Shown here piece by piece: positions 37,901 through 48,023 of a stretch of DNA of 64,000 bases; within the stretch, counting starts at the first letter, position 1; each line of letters starts with the position of its first letter. The notes below the pieces were generated by a model that ran no database searches, had not been told where the DNA came from, and saw only the letters and a program-made list of their open reading frames with translations. Both the position numbers and the translations under genes were made by a program. Source of the stretch: Erysipelotrichaceae bacterium (GTDB lineage Bacteria; Bacillota_I; Bacilli_A; RFN20; CAG-449); assembly GCA_015059095.1 (NCBI GenBank), contig SVBA01000005.1:30298-94297 (forward strand), read 5' to 3'.

Positions 37901-39078
37901 ACATCTAGAACATGTTTTACTTGATGGATAATACCTATCTATTTTATGTATTTGTTTATCATACATTTTTGCTTTATATTCTAAAACTTTAATTAATCTT
38001 CCTATACAAGTAGATATTAACTTTCTTTTATTTCTTTTTACTACTTGTTTAGTTATTAATTCTTTTATATTTAGATCTTCTATATATAAAGTATCATATT
38101 CTTTAATTAATGAACTTGTTATCTTATGAATATAATCATTAATAATATTTACTTTATGTTCTTCTATTTTAGCTTTCTTTATTCTTAGTTTCTTTCTATT
38201 AGAAGAATCTATCTTTGTTTTTGATATTCTTCTTTGTAATCTAGTTATCTTTTTTTCTATTTTATCTAGTTTCAATGGATTTACATAAATAACATTATCA
38301 CTAGTCGTCACTAGATTTCTTACTCCTACATCGATTCCTACTTCTTTATTTGTCTTAACTAATGGATTTATATCTACTTCATGAATAATAGAAGCATAAT
38401 ACTTATTTGATGGAGTTCTAGTAACTGTTACACTTATTATTTTTACATCATTAAAAGAATAATGATATTTACATTTAATTAATCCTAGTTTAGGAAGTTT
38501 AATATGTTTAGATAATATCTCGATATTATTATTTGTATAATTAGTTCTAAAACTTTGATATGTATTTTTCTTAGATACATATTTAGGTTTATTAAATCCT
38601 TTTTTAGATTTAAATTCTTTCTTAATATCTATAAAGAAGTTATTATAAGAAGTTTTTAAATCCTTTAATGAATTTTGAAGAACAAACTTATCTACTTCTT
38701 TTAAAAATGAAGTATCTTCTTTTTGTTTTAAAGAAGTTAACTCTTTACTCCAAGAATAATAAGAATAATCTTTGTTAGAAGTTGAATAATCTAAAAAGTA
38801 ATTATAAACATATCTTCTACAACCAAAAAAAGAGTTCATCTTATTAATTTGTTCTTTATTTGGATATAGTCTTATCTTAATTCCTTTTTGCATTATTTCT
38901 CTCCTTGCGTTTTTATAGTAAGTTTTCCTATATATATTATATAGCAAACCTTGATATAGTTCTACAAAAATTTATTTTTTTGTATCTTTGATACAAAAGC
39001 GAGATTATTTTTAGATTATAGATGAAAAGAAAAACCAATTTACTCTCACATTAATAAGAGAGTGGGGGTCGGTTGGTT
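37670..39078 (-). mobile_element. Non-autonomous IS200/IS605-family (IS1341-like, tnpB-only) element
   Basis: Left end begins after TTGAT (39083-39079) with hairpin ACTCTC...GAGAGT; right end GAATC-TTGTGTC-TTTA-GATATGA-GAGGTTCA(A); no target duplication; no tnpA. Confidence 0.9.
37781..38893 (-). CDS. tnpB: RNA-guided endonuclease TnpB
   Basis: Start MQKGIKIRLYPN (AAGGAG RBS); RuvC D (GIDVG), E (IEDL), D (DRDYNASLNI); zinc finger CSRC...CPYC. Confidence 0.95.
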   Translation of the reverse strand: MQKGIKIRLYPNKEQINKMNSFFGCRRYVYNYFLDYSTSNKDYSYYSWSKELTSLKQKEDTSFLKEVDKFVLQNSLKDLKTSYNNFFIDIKKEFKSKKGFNKPKYVSKKNTYQSFRTNYTNNNIEILSKHIKLPKLGLIKCKYHYSFNDVKIISVTVTRTPSNKYYASIIHEVDINPLVKTNKEVGIDVGVRNLVTTSDNVIYVNPLKLDKIEKKITRLQRRISKTKIDSSNRKKLRIKKAKIEEHKVNIINDYIHKITSSLIKEYDTLYIEDLNIKELITKQVVKRNKRKLISTCIGRLIKVLEYKAKMYDKQIHKIDRYYPSSKTCSRCNNTYEVKDSRIYQCPYCSLKIDRDYNASLNILHYGQNHN

Positions 39079-39125
39079 ATCAATAGTAAAATCCCATTTT
39101 GACTATCTTGTAAGTAATTAACCAT
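39079..39125 (-). pseudogene. mscS: mscS 5' fragment left of the IS insertion
   Basis: GAGGTG RBS then ATG GTT AAT TAC TTA CAA GAT AGT CAA AAT GGG ATT TTA CTA TTG AT, ending at the TTGAT target. Confidence 0.7.
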
Positions 39126-39168
39126 AATACCACCTCGATATTATGATAAATTAAGTTTATAAAAACTT

Positions 39169-40341
39169 CTAGAGATTTATTAGTTTATTAAACTTTTCTC
39201 CTCTTTCTATATAAGATGAATATTGATCAAAAGAAGCACAAGCAGGAGAAAAAACTACGTAATACTCTTTTTTATAACTTTTATTTATATATTTAATAAC
39301 TTCATCTAATGTTTCAAAATACATATCTCCACAACTATTAAATATTTTTAACTTACTTTTACCGTATGAAATTATAATATCTTTATTTTGTTTTTTTATC
39401 TTACTAAAGTTTTCTTTTTTATCAATACCGCCTAAAATTAATATTCTTGGTCTATCATTATATACATCTAAACAGGCATTAGTAGAAGAAATAGATGTTG
39501 ATTTAGAATCATTAATAAAAGTCAGATTACCTTTAGTCAATATTTTTTCCATTCTATAATGATCCATTTTAAAGAAATATTGAGATTCTTCGATATCCTT
39601 TTCATTTAAATTAAATTTTCTTGCAATATCACAAGCAATATTCCAATAAATTTGATTATATTTATTTAAATTTAAATTAGTATATTCTCTTAAATCATTT
39701 ACTTTTACTATGTTTTTTCGCCTTTTTTGATAAGTTAATAATTCATTTGGTAAGTATATAACTTTGGATAAATTGACTAGTTTTAATTTTGAGGCTATAT
39801 AACATTCTTTAGAAAAAACACTATCATAATGATTATCTAAAATATTAGTAATTATTCCAATATCAAATATATTTCTATATGTATTTTCTAATTGAAAAGA
39901 AGATAATTCTAAAATAACTATATCATCTTTTTTTATTTCGTGTATTTTACTAGTTAAAGGTACTCCAATATTACCTAATTTATGTACTCTATTATTTTTA
40001 CTTAACAAATGATATAACATATTAACTAATGTAGTTTTACCATTTGATCCAGTAACCCCAATAATATAATTATCTTGAATATAAGATAATCCAAGTTCTA
40101 TTTCTGAAATTACTTTTTTTGATAAAGAAACTGCTAATTGATAAATTTTTGAAGTTTGTTTAATTCCTGGACTTCTTATTACTAAATCAAAATATGGTAA
40201 TTCTTTTTTCAATCTATAATAAGAAAAATAATTATCCATATTTATTTTTTTCTTATCATAAATATAAACATTGTGATTATCTTTTAATAATTCATATGCT
40301 GATTTACCACTTAAAGAAAAGCCTAATATTAATATTCTCAT
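39169..40341 (-). CDS. murD: UDP-MurNAc-L-Ala-D-Glu ligase (compact, 390 aa)
   Basis: GVTGSNGKTT, LELSSFQLE, NDSKST, FSPACASFDQY..Y.ERG..F. Confidence 0.92.
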   Translation of the reverse strand: MRILILGFSLSGKSAYELLKDNHNVYIYDKKKINMDNYFSYYRLKKELPYFDLVIRSPGIKQTSKIYQLAVSLSKKVISEIELGLSYIQDNYIIGVTGSNGKTTLVNMLYHLLSKNNRVHKLGNIGVPLTSKIHEIKKDDIVILELSSFQLENTYRNIFDIGIITNILDNHYDSVFSKECYIASKLKLVNLSKVIYLPNELLTYQKRRKNIVKVNDLREYTNLNLNKYNQIYWNIACDIARKFNLNEKDIEESQYFFKMDHYRMEKILTKGNLTFINDSKSTSISSTNACLDVYNDRPRILILGGIDKKENFSKIKKQNKDIIISYGKSKLKIFNSCGDMYFETLDEVIKYINKSYKKEYYVVFSPACASFDQYSSYIERGEKFNKLINL

Positions 40342-41366
40342 AATTTAAGCCCTATTATTAACCCTATTAAACTAAGAGTAAAACCTATCATATAAAAGCA
40401 CATAACAATCGTATATTCTTTTTTACCCATTAGTTCTAAATGATGATGAAACGGACTCATTAAAAAAATCCTTTTTTTTGTAATTTTAAAACATAAAACC
40501 TGAAGTATTACACTCATAGTTTCAAAAACAAATAATCCTCCAACAATTAGTAATAGTAACTCTTTTTTACTCATTAAAGCAATATATCCAAGTATCGCTC
40601 CTAAAGGTAAACTTCCTGAGTCACCCATAAATATTTTAGCAGGATGCAAATTTAAAAGAATAAAACCAAAAGTCGCTCCATAAACCATAATTAATAAATA
40701 TACAAGATTAGTATTATTATCTAATAATAAGAAGATAATAAAAGGTAATATGCTAATTAAAAATAATCCACTTGCAAGTCCATCTAACCCGTCTGTTAAA
40801 TTGACTGAATTTGAAGAACCTACAATCAATAAAACACTAAAGATAATAAATAAAGGTCCTAAGAATATTTTATATTTATCATTAAAATGAAATGAATAGT
40901 CAAATATACCCTTGTTATCTAAAATTAAATAAACAATTAATACTACTAATATTTCTAATAAAATTCTAATTAAAGGAGATAGTCCTTCATGTGATCTAAA
41001 TATAAGTTTTAATAAATCATCTACTAATCCAATAACGAAAAATAAAATTAAAATAATAATGCCTAATAAAAATTGATAATCAAAATATGAATCAAAAATA
41101 AATAAAGATGTTATTAAAATAGATACAATAATACTTATTCCACCAATCGTTGGTGTATTTTTTTTGTTTTGATGAGTGGAGGATAGATAAGAAGAAATTT
41201 CTTGTCCCCTTCTTTTTTTATTAAAATAAGAAATTAATACCTTACATATTCTATTAGAAATAAAAGTAGAAATAATTAATAATAAAATGCATCTAGTAAA
41301 AATTAAAATATGTGTGTTCATAATAAAAAATATTATTCCATTAATGAAAATAGAATAATATTTCAA
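40338..41366 (-). CDS. mraY: Phospho-MurNAc-pentapeptide transferase (start may be 41321)
   Basis: KKNTPTIGG, GLVDD, SNSVNLTDGLDGLA, PAKIFMGDSGS, MSPFHHHLE. Confidence 0.95.
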   Translation of the reverse strand: MKYYSIFINGIIFFIMNTHILIFTRCILLLIISTFISNRICKVLISYFNKKRRGQEISSYLSSTHQNKKNTPTIGGISIIVSILITSLFIFDSYFDYQFLLGIIILILFFVIGLVDDLLKLIFRSHEGLSPLIRILLEILVVLIVYLILDNKGIFDYSFHFNDKYKIFLGPLFIIFSVLLIVGSSNSVNLTDGLDGLASGLFLISILPFIIFLLLDNNTNLVYLLIMVYGATFGFILLNLHPAKIFMGDSGSLPLGAILGYIALMSKKELLLLIVGGLFVFETMSVILQVLCFKITKKRIFLMSPFHHHLELMGKKEYTIVMCFYMIGFTLSLIGLIIGLKL

Positions 41367-42932
41367 TTATTTAATCACTTTTTCAACTTTAAAAGATAAT
41401 TTATTATTACCTCTAAAGGTATCTAATTCTAATTTACCTAATAATTTAACTACACCTTTAATTCCAAAATTTTCATTAAAGTTAAATCCTATAAATGAAC
41501 AATCTGGATTAATATTACCTTTTATATGTTTATAATTCTGCATATAATTGATTAAGTTACAAGGAAATTCTACAACTAAATACGGTTCTTCAAAACCTTC
41601 ACCATAAGGAGATAATTTTTTAATAGTTTGATAATTATAATACGATAAATCAAATCTTGAACATTCGATAATCACTTTCTCTTTTTCTTTAAATTCTTTT
41701 CCAATGGCAAGTTTATTAATTTCCTTAGTAAATTCTTCTAATTTATCTATATTAATAGATAAACCACCTGCAGCAGCATGACCTCCAAAACCTAATAGAA
41801 GATGTTCTAGCTTTTTAAAAGTATCACTTAAAGGAAACCCTTCAAAAGATCTAGCAGAACCCTTTAATACGCCTTCTTCTTCAGTAGAAGTAAAAATAAC
41901 ACAAGGTTTTTTAATTTCATTTAATACTCTATTTGCTACTAGTCCTATTAATCCTTCAATTAAAAAATCCATATGTTCAACTACTACTAATGAATCTTGA
42001 TGTTTTGATAAATCTATTTTTCTAAATGCTTCTTGAGAAACATTTTTTCTTTCATCATTACATGCATTAATAAAATCTCCTAAAGACGCCATTTCTTCTT
42101 TAGAGGAAGTAGAAAAGAAAGAAACAACTCTATTAACTTTAGTGTCTTTAATAATTCTTCCAACTGCATTAATTTTAGGAGCGATAGTAAATGATAAATC
42201 TTTTTCTTCTTTAATATCTTCTCCATTATTTAAAATTAAGAAAGGCAAAAATCTTTTTTCTTTTAAGATTTTTAAAGCTAATCGAACAATATTTCTATTA
42301 TATGAAATTAAAGGCATCATATCTGAAATGGTCGCTAGAGCAGCTAAAGTAAGTAAATAGTCATCTATTCTATCTAGTACCACTCTTGATAAGTTAAAAG
42401 CAACATACGCTCCACATTCAGGAAGATTTAAATTACTCTTTTTTAAAAATGGATGAATTACACAATATGCAGGAGGTAATTCTTTAATCATTTCATGATG
42501 GTCAGTTAAAATTACATCAATACCATATTCTTTAGCTTTATTTAAGGCATCTATTTGAGCAACACCATTATCGACAGTAATAATTAAGTTATAACCTTTT
42601 TGATTGATCAAATCGACCATTTTTTCTGTAATTCCATATCCATCTTTATATCTTGAAGGAATATAGTAACCAATATTTTGATAATTAAGGTATTTAAACA
42701 TATTTACTAAAATAGAAACACTAGAAAAACCATCACAATCATAGTCACCATAGATCATGATTTTTTCTTTATTCTCAATCGCTTTAATAATTCTTTCTTT
42801 TGCTTCTATAATACCAATGAAATCATTAGGATCTTCTAAATCGTCATAGCTAATCTCTTTAGTTAACTCATTATAATCTTCCAATGATAAATGATAAGCA
42901 TCGAGCAATTTTTCTAAAAATCTATCTAACAT
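41367..42932 (-). CDS. recJ: ssDNA exonuclease RecJ
   Basis: IYGDYDCDG, IPSRYKDGYG, TVDNG, TDHH, APKINAVGR, GSARS, GGHAAAGG. Confidence 0.93.
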   Translation of the reverse strand: MLDRFLEKLLDAYHLSLEDYNELTKEISYDDLEDPNDFIGIIEAKERIIKAIENKEKIMIYGDYDCDGFSSVSILVNMFKYLNYQNIGYYIPSRYKDGYGITEKMVDLINQKGYNLIITVDNGVAQIDALNKAKEYGIDVILTDHHEMIKELPPAYCVIHPFLKKSNLNLPECGAYVAFNLSRVVLDRIDDYLLTLAALATISDMMPLISYNRNIVRLALKILKEKRFLPFLILNNGEDIKEEKDLSFTIAPKINAVGRIIKDTKVNRVVSFFSTSSKEEMASLGDFINACNDERKNVSQEAFRKIDLSKHQDSLVVVEHMDFLIEGLIGLVANRVLNEIKKPCVIFTSTEEEGVLKGSARSFEGFPLSDTFKKLEHLLLGFGGHAAAGGLSINIDKLEEFTKEINKLAIGKEFKEKEKVIIECSRFDLSYYNYQTIKKLSPYGEGFEEPYLVVEFPCNLINYMQNYKHIKGNINPDCSFIGFNFNENFGIKGVVKLLGKLELDTFRGNNKLSFKVEKVIK

Positions 42933-42944
42933 AATATACCTTCT

Positions 42945-42968
42945 AAAAAAGGCTACGTAAGTAGCCTT
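42945..42968 (-). terminator. Terminator after secDF
   Basis: AAGGCTAC-ttac-GTAGCCTT plus T run. Confidence 0.75.
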
Positions 42969-42973
42969 ATAAA

Positions 42974-45514
42974 TTAATCGTTAATTCCTGGAATAATAGC
43001 TTCTTTAGCTTCTGCCCCAGCATTACGGTTTTGAGCCTTAGCTTTAGCCATTCTCTTTTTATTTCTATTTTCGTAATTAATTGCAATTCTTAATCTTACA
43101 TTCTTTTCTAAGTATAAATATACTGGAACTAATAAGAATAAAGTGAATGCTCCACCAACAATAATACTTAAAGCCATTGCACCATAAGTTGAAGTAACAC
43201 CTGCAGTAAATGGTGAGAATAATGCAATAACAATAGTACCAACTAAACCAGTTAATAATAATGCCACTACTGTAATCATAGAAGTTTTAACAGAATTTAA
43301 AGCAATTTCTTCTCTTTGTTCATAAGTATTAATTCTTACTTTTGATTCACGTTTTAATCTCTTCATTCTTTCAAATAATGGAAGTTGAGCAATAATTGTA
43401 ATTAATAAACCTGCTGCAATACCTGTTAAAGATAAAGCAGAGATTTCAATTCTTGTAGCTGCAAAGAATCCAAATGAAACTGCAGCAGCAGGAATTAAAG
43501 TTGCTAGAGATGCTAAACCATAAGTATAGCCAAATCTAATTAATACATATAAGAATGCTAGTCCTGCAAATAATGATACGATAACAACTGCACTACCGAT
43601 TAAGTATTCAACTGAACTTGAAGAACATACTGTTAATACTGCTGTTGGATTTTCAGAATGATCTAATGAAGCTAATTTACCTACAAATTCATCTGTATTA
43701 AATGTTGAAGGATCAACAACACCATCTAATTCCACTGAAACATATACTACATCTACTAAATTTTCTTTACCAGCTATAACAACATTTTGTTCAACATTAA
43801 TATCAATGTTATTTAATGTATAAGTAGGATAATTTGTTTGGAAGAATTCTTTTACTTCTTCAGTTGTTTCAAAAATATACTTTGATTCAATAATTTCAGA
43901 AGAAATTTCAATTCTTGAATATGTCTTAGATTCTTGAGAAGCATTGAATACTGGAGTAGATGGAATAATTGCAAATACAGCGATTAATAATCCACATACA
44001 ACTGTTGTAATAGCAGCAGCTAATGCGCTTACCTTACCATGTTTCTTAGCGTCAAATTTATACATTGGGTTGAATTTTCTTTGAGGTTCAAGAGCTAAGA
44101 TATTTGGAACATTTTTTTCATCGACCATAAAGATTTTTTTATTATTAGTAGCAACTTTGTTATTAGTTAACCACCACATAGCAAATGAAGTTAATAATCT
44201 ATTGAATACTAATGCAGTTAAGAAACCAATAATTAATGTAATTGGTAATAATTTAACTTGTGCAGATACTGCAAATACAGAAACAATTGCGACGAATAAA
44301 CCAATAAATGCAACGTCAAATACGTTAACAAATGATTGTTTATTAGCTTCTTGATTAGCTTTAATAGGAGATTTACCTTTTAATAGTTCATCTTTAAATC
44401 TATCCATATATGTAAATACAAATGAAGCATTAGCAACTAAAGTAGCAATGAATCCTAATGCAACCATTGTTGTAAATGTATATTGGAAGAAGTTAAATAA
44501 TAAAATTTGTACTAATAATGAAACAGCTAAACCTGTCCAAGCACCTAAACCTGCTAAACCATATCTAATAACATAAACTACTAATAAGACGATAGAACAA
44601 GCTAAGATTCCCCACATAATAATATGATCATAATCTTGACCTTCAGTAGCAGAAATATGTTGAGTATATAATCTAGTTAATTCAAAATCTTCTTGTCCAT
44701 AATTGATTATTCTTTCAATTGTGTGAGCAGATTCACCAACCATTGAAACTTGATTGAATGAATAATAAGAAATTAATAATGTAGTATCATCTGTATCACC
44801 ATTAACATCTTCAACATAAGAGAAGTTATCAGTTGGAACAATTGCTAAAACTTTATCTCTAATTTGTTGTTTTGAAACATCACCTTCATTTGTGAAAGCT
44901 TCAACATAGGAGTCTGTTTCAACTTTATCTAACCATAGAACCATAACACCTGTAATACTATTTTGCTCTTCTCCATTACCATATTCATTTTGGAAATGAG
45001 TATAAGCAGAATTACAAATTTCGATGAATTCTTTAAATTCTTTTGGATCTTTAACCTTAACTTCTACATAAGGAGAAGCACCATTCCATGCTACTTCAGC
45101 TGAATCAATAACAAATGGATCAACAATTTCATAAACATAGTCTTCGTTACCATGATTAATGATTGTAGAAGCTGTAATTTGACCTGTAGCTTCAACTGAA
45201 CGTAAAACATAATCCAAATTTTCTTCACTTTCAGCATTCATTCTAATTCTAATAAAATTTTCTAAACCTAAATCATCTTGTTCAATTTCTACTTGAGCAT
45301 TTTCAACTCCAGCATCTTCAATACGTTGAACAACGATGTCACCGATTTCTTCTAATTCTTTTTGAGAATCTTTAAAATCGACTTTATAGACAGTTTCATA
45401 ACCACCTGCATATTCTAAACCTGCAGTTAATTCAGAAACTTGAGGTTGTATATTACTAAATACGACCAATAATAATGATACAACTAATACGAGAAACCCG
45501 TAAAAACGACGCAT
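42974..45514 (-). CDS. secDF: Fused SecD-SecF, highly divergent
   Basis: TM1 + GLEYAGG, large extracytoplasmic P1 domain, 5 TM, second loop, 5 TM; RFKDELLKGKS and LFERMK motifs; upstream of recJ as in B. subtilis; start MRRFYG at 45514. Confidence 0.8.
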   Translation of the reverse strand: MRRFYGFLVLVVSLLLVVFSNIQPQVSELTAGLEYAGGYETVYKVDFKDSQKELEEIGDIVVQRIEDAGVENAQVEIEQDDLGLENFIRIRMNAESEENLDYVLRSVEATGQITASTIINHGNEDYVYEIVDPFVIDSAEVAWNGASPYVEVKVKDPKEFKEFIEICNSAYTHFQNEYGNGEEQNSITGVMVLWLDKVETDSYVEAFTNEGDVSKQQIRDKVLAIVPTDNFSYVEDVNGDTDDTTLLISYYSFNQVSMVGESAHTIERIINYGQEDFELTRLYTQHISATEGQDYDHIIMWGILACSIVLLVVYVIRYGLAGLGAWTGLAVSLLVQILLFNFFQYTFTTMVALGFIATLVANASFVFTYMDRFKDELLKGKSPIKANQEANKQSFVNVFDVAFIGLFVAIVSVFAVSAQVKLLPITLIIGFLTALVFNRLLTSFAMWWLTNNKVATNNKKIFMVDEKNVPNILALEPQRKFNPMYKFDAKKHGKVSALAAAITTVVCGLLIAVFAIIPSTPVFNASQESKTYSRIEISSEIIESKYIFETTEEVKEFFQTNYPTYTLNNIDINVEQNVVIAGKENLVDVVYVSVELDGVVDPSTFNTDEFVGKLASLDHSENPTAVLTVCSSSSVEYLIGSAVVIVSLFAGLAFLYVLIRFGYTYGLASLATLIPAAAVSFGFFAATRIEISALSLTGIAAGLLITIIAQLPLFERMKRLKRESKVRINTYEQREEIALNSVKTSMITVVALLLTGLVGTIVIALFSPFTAGVTSTYGAMALSIIVGGAFTLFLLVPVYLYLEKNVRLRIAINYENRNKKRMAKAKAQNRNAGAEAKEAIIPGIND

Positions 45515-45681
45515 ATTTTCTACCTCCACAGTTCTAATATTTCATCATCTTGCTTAATATAGATAATGAGTAATTGATAATTTAAGATTTATTTTATATT
45601 TATATAAAAACACGAAAAATAAATAAATCGCTTATTAAATATACCATTACTGTTTATTAATTTCAATTAATAAGGTGAAAA

Positions 45682-47007
45682 ATGAAGAAAAAAAATCAAA
45701 CATTATATTTAGTTAGTGTAATATTCCTTGGTTTAAGAGCAAAATTCATCTCTTTACTTAGTAAAATCATTATGAATCGAGAACTTGGAGTAGAGGCGAT
45801 GGGACTATTTTCATTAGTCAATCCCTTTATTGTTTTATTAATTTCTCTTTCCAATTTGTCTTTGCCTAGTGCAATTGCAACATTAATTTCTAAAAATCCA
45901 AAAAAAGATAAATTGATATTGATATCTGGATTTTCAATTTTTACGATTTTATCGATTGGATTAATGTTATTAACATTCCTTTGCGATAATTTAATTGCGA
46001 CTTCCATTTTAAAAAATAAAGATGCAATTTATTGTATAAGAGCTAGTCTTATAATGATACCTTTGACTGGATTATCTGCAATAATTAAGGGATATTTTCT
46101 TGGAAAAGGAGAGATTAGTTTAACTTCGTCTTCACAAACATATGAAGAAGCAGGACGACTACTCTTTATAATATTAATAGTTATGATTTATAAGAATTCA
46201 ATAATTCCAATTAAGGCTAGTTTTGCAGTATATTCTTTAGCATTTGGTGAAATATTTCAAATCAGTTATATGGTTTTCTTTTCATCAATCAATAAACAAA
46301 ATATAATTCCTTTTTTTAAAAGACATCTTATGGAATCAAGAAATGAAATTCGACCATTATTAAACATTTCTATTCCTTTAACTTTATCAAGATTAGTTGG
46401 ATCAATCACCTATTTTTTTGAACCTATTATATTTACTAGAATTATGTTAAATAATGGTTCAACATTACAAAATTTAACAATTGAATATGGAATTCTTTCT
46501 TCTTACGTAATGCCATTATTATTTATGCCAAGTTTTATCAGCGTAGCTTTTGGAAATTATCTACTTCCTAATATGGGAAATTTAGTATCTTCTTCAAAAC
46601 ATAAAGACGCATTACATCTATTATTTAAAATAACGATAATATGCCTATTTATTGGACTTTTTATCTCTATATTTTTTCTGATTTTTGGTAAAATTTTGCT
46701 TCAATTTTTATATGGTACTACGCTTGGATTTGAGTATCTTAAAATACTATGTTTCCCCTTTATAATTTACTATATTGAAACACCTATTATTTCATCACTA
46801 AACATCTATGATTTAAGTAAAAAAAGTTTTATTTCTACTTTAATATCTTCACTTATTCGCCTTGTTTTAATGGTCCCATTAGTTAAATATTTTGGTGTTT
46901 TAGGAATAAGTTTTGCAACAATAATTGGAGTGATTATTGATATATCATTAAACTTATTTTTTCTTTTCTTTTTTTTCAAAAGGAATAAGATAAAGATCAT
47001 CGATTAA
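45682..47007 (+). CDS. spoVB: SpoVB-like MOP flippase
   Basis: RELGVEAMGLF, KGYFLG, SQTYEE.GR, SIPLTLSRLVGS, YGILSSYVMPLL; convergent with a DUF421 gene as in B. subtilis. Confidence 0.85.
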   Translation: MKKKNQTLYLVSVIFLGLRAKFISLLSKIIMNRELGVEAMGLFSLVNPFIVLLISLSNLSLPSAIATLISKNPKKDKLILISGFSIFTILSIGLMLLTFLCDNLIATSILKNKDAIYCIRASLIMIPLTGLSAIIKGYFLGKGEISLTSSSQTYEEAGRLLFIILIVMIYKNSIIPIKASFAVYSLAFGEIFQISYMVFFSSINKQNIIPFFKRHLMESRNEIRPLLNISIPLTLSRLVGSITYFFEPIIFTRIMLNNGSTLQNLTIEYGILSSYVMPLLFMPSFISVAFGNYLLPNMGNLVSSSKHKDALHLLFKITIICLFIGLFISIFFLIFGKILLQFLYGTTLGFEYLKILCFPFIIYYIETPIISSLNIYDLSKKSFISTLISSLIRLVLMVPLVKYFGVLGISFATIIGVIIDISLNLFFLFFFFKRNKIKIID

Positions 47008-47616
47008 TTCTTGTCCAAAAAATACTTCTTTTTCATTCTGATATCCTTTCTTTTTCAGCATTTCTATTACTTCTTCATATGTTAAATTATACTTTTTTAA
47101 ATACTCTTTATTTATTTCCCCATCAATTATTAATAATTCAGGATTTTTCACTATTCTTTCACTTTTTTTAATCACACATAATGTACCATTATCTTCAATA
47201 AAAGCATAACTTACTTCAATAGGAGACTGAATATTATTTTGATGTAAGTGACTCATCAAATCATCGATATTATATCTTTGCCTTTTTAGTTCTTGAATAT
47301 CTATCTTTCCATCAACTATTAAAAATGTTGGTTTACCTTCTGTTAATAATCTAAATTTTCGTGACTTTAAAGAAATATAAGCAGTAATTATTTGAAATAA
47401 AACTATTATAGTAACTGGAAGTAAAGATTTCAAAATTGAATTAGAAGAATCATTTAAACTAAGAGAAAATAATTCGGAAATAATTAAAAAAACCACGATA
47501 TCATGAGTAGACACTTGTGACATTTCTCTTTTCCCCATTACTCTTAATATAATAATTAAAAAGAAATAGCAACCAATCGTTTTCAAACTTAGTAATCCAA
47601 GTTCTAATAGAGTCAT
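46954..47616 (-). CDS. DUF421 (YetF/YrbG) membrane protein
   Basis: LRVMGKREMSQVS..D, GKPTFLIVDGKI, AFIEDNG.L, LIIDGEI. Confidence 0.88.
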   Translation of the reverse strand: MTLLELGLLSLKTIGCYFFLIIILRVMGKREMSQVSTHDIVVFLIISELFSLSLNDSSNSILKSLLPVTIIVLFQIITAYISLKSRKFRLLTEGKPTFLIVDGKIDIQELKRQRYNIDDLMSHLHQNNIQSPIEVSYAFIEDNGTLCVIKKSERIVKNPELLIIDGEINKEYLKKYNLTYEEVIEMLKKKGYQNEKEVFFGQELIDDLYLIPFEKKEKKK

Positions 47617-47660
47617 ATTTTCTCCTTTCTTCTTCATATAGTTAGTTGAGGAATAAATAT

Positions 47661-48023
47661 ATGAAAAATAAATTAATCAATTTTAGTATAACCACATTAA
47701 TAATCTTTATATTAGGTTTAATCACTTCGTTAATAATCTCTTTATTATTCTCTTTTTCATTAATCAATAGTAAAACTAACGACATTATAATGATATGCAT
47801 ATCAATGGTTCTTTTCTTTTTATTTGGACTAATATTTGGCTTCAAAGAGAAAAAAAGAGGCCTATTAAATGGCCTCTTATTAACAATATTATATATTTTA
47901 TTTTTAATTACATTTAAATTACTTAATCCTAGTTTTACTTATTCATCTATTTACATTACTCTTAGTAGATGTTCATTAATTATTTTAGGATCAGTAGTAG
48001 GTGTAAATATTAATCATGAGTAA
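47661..48023 (+). CDS. YrzE-like (TIGR04086-type) 4-TM membrane protein
   Basis: GLIFGFKEKKRGLLNGLL motif; convergent with ruvB as in B. subtilis. Confidence 0.75.
   Translation: MKNKLINFSITTLIIFILGLITSLIISLLFSFSLINSKTNDIIMICISMVLFFLFGLIFGFKEKKRGLLNGLLLTILYILFLITFKLLNPSFTYSSIYITLSRCSLIILGSVVGVNINHE

Noticed and set aside
38894-39078. Possible tnpA remnant in the IS left region
   Set aside because: Only ~185 nt holding the left-end hairpin and a promoter; no HUH motif or Y1 ORF.
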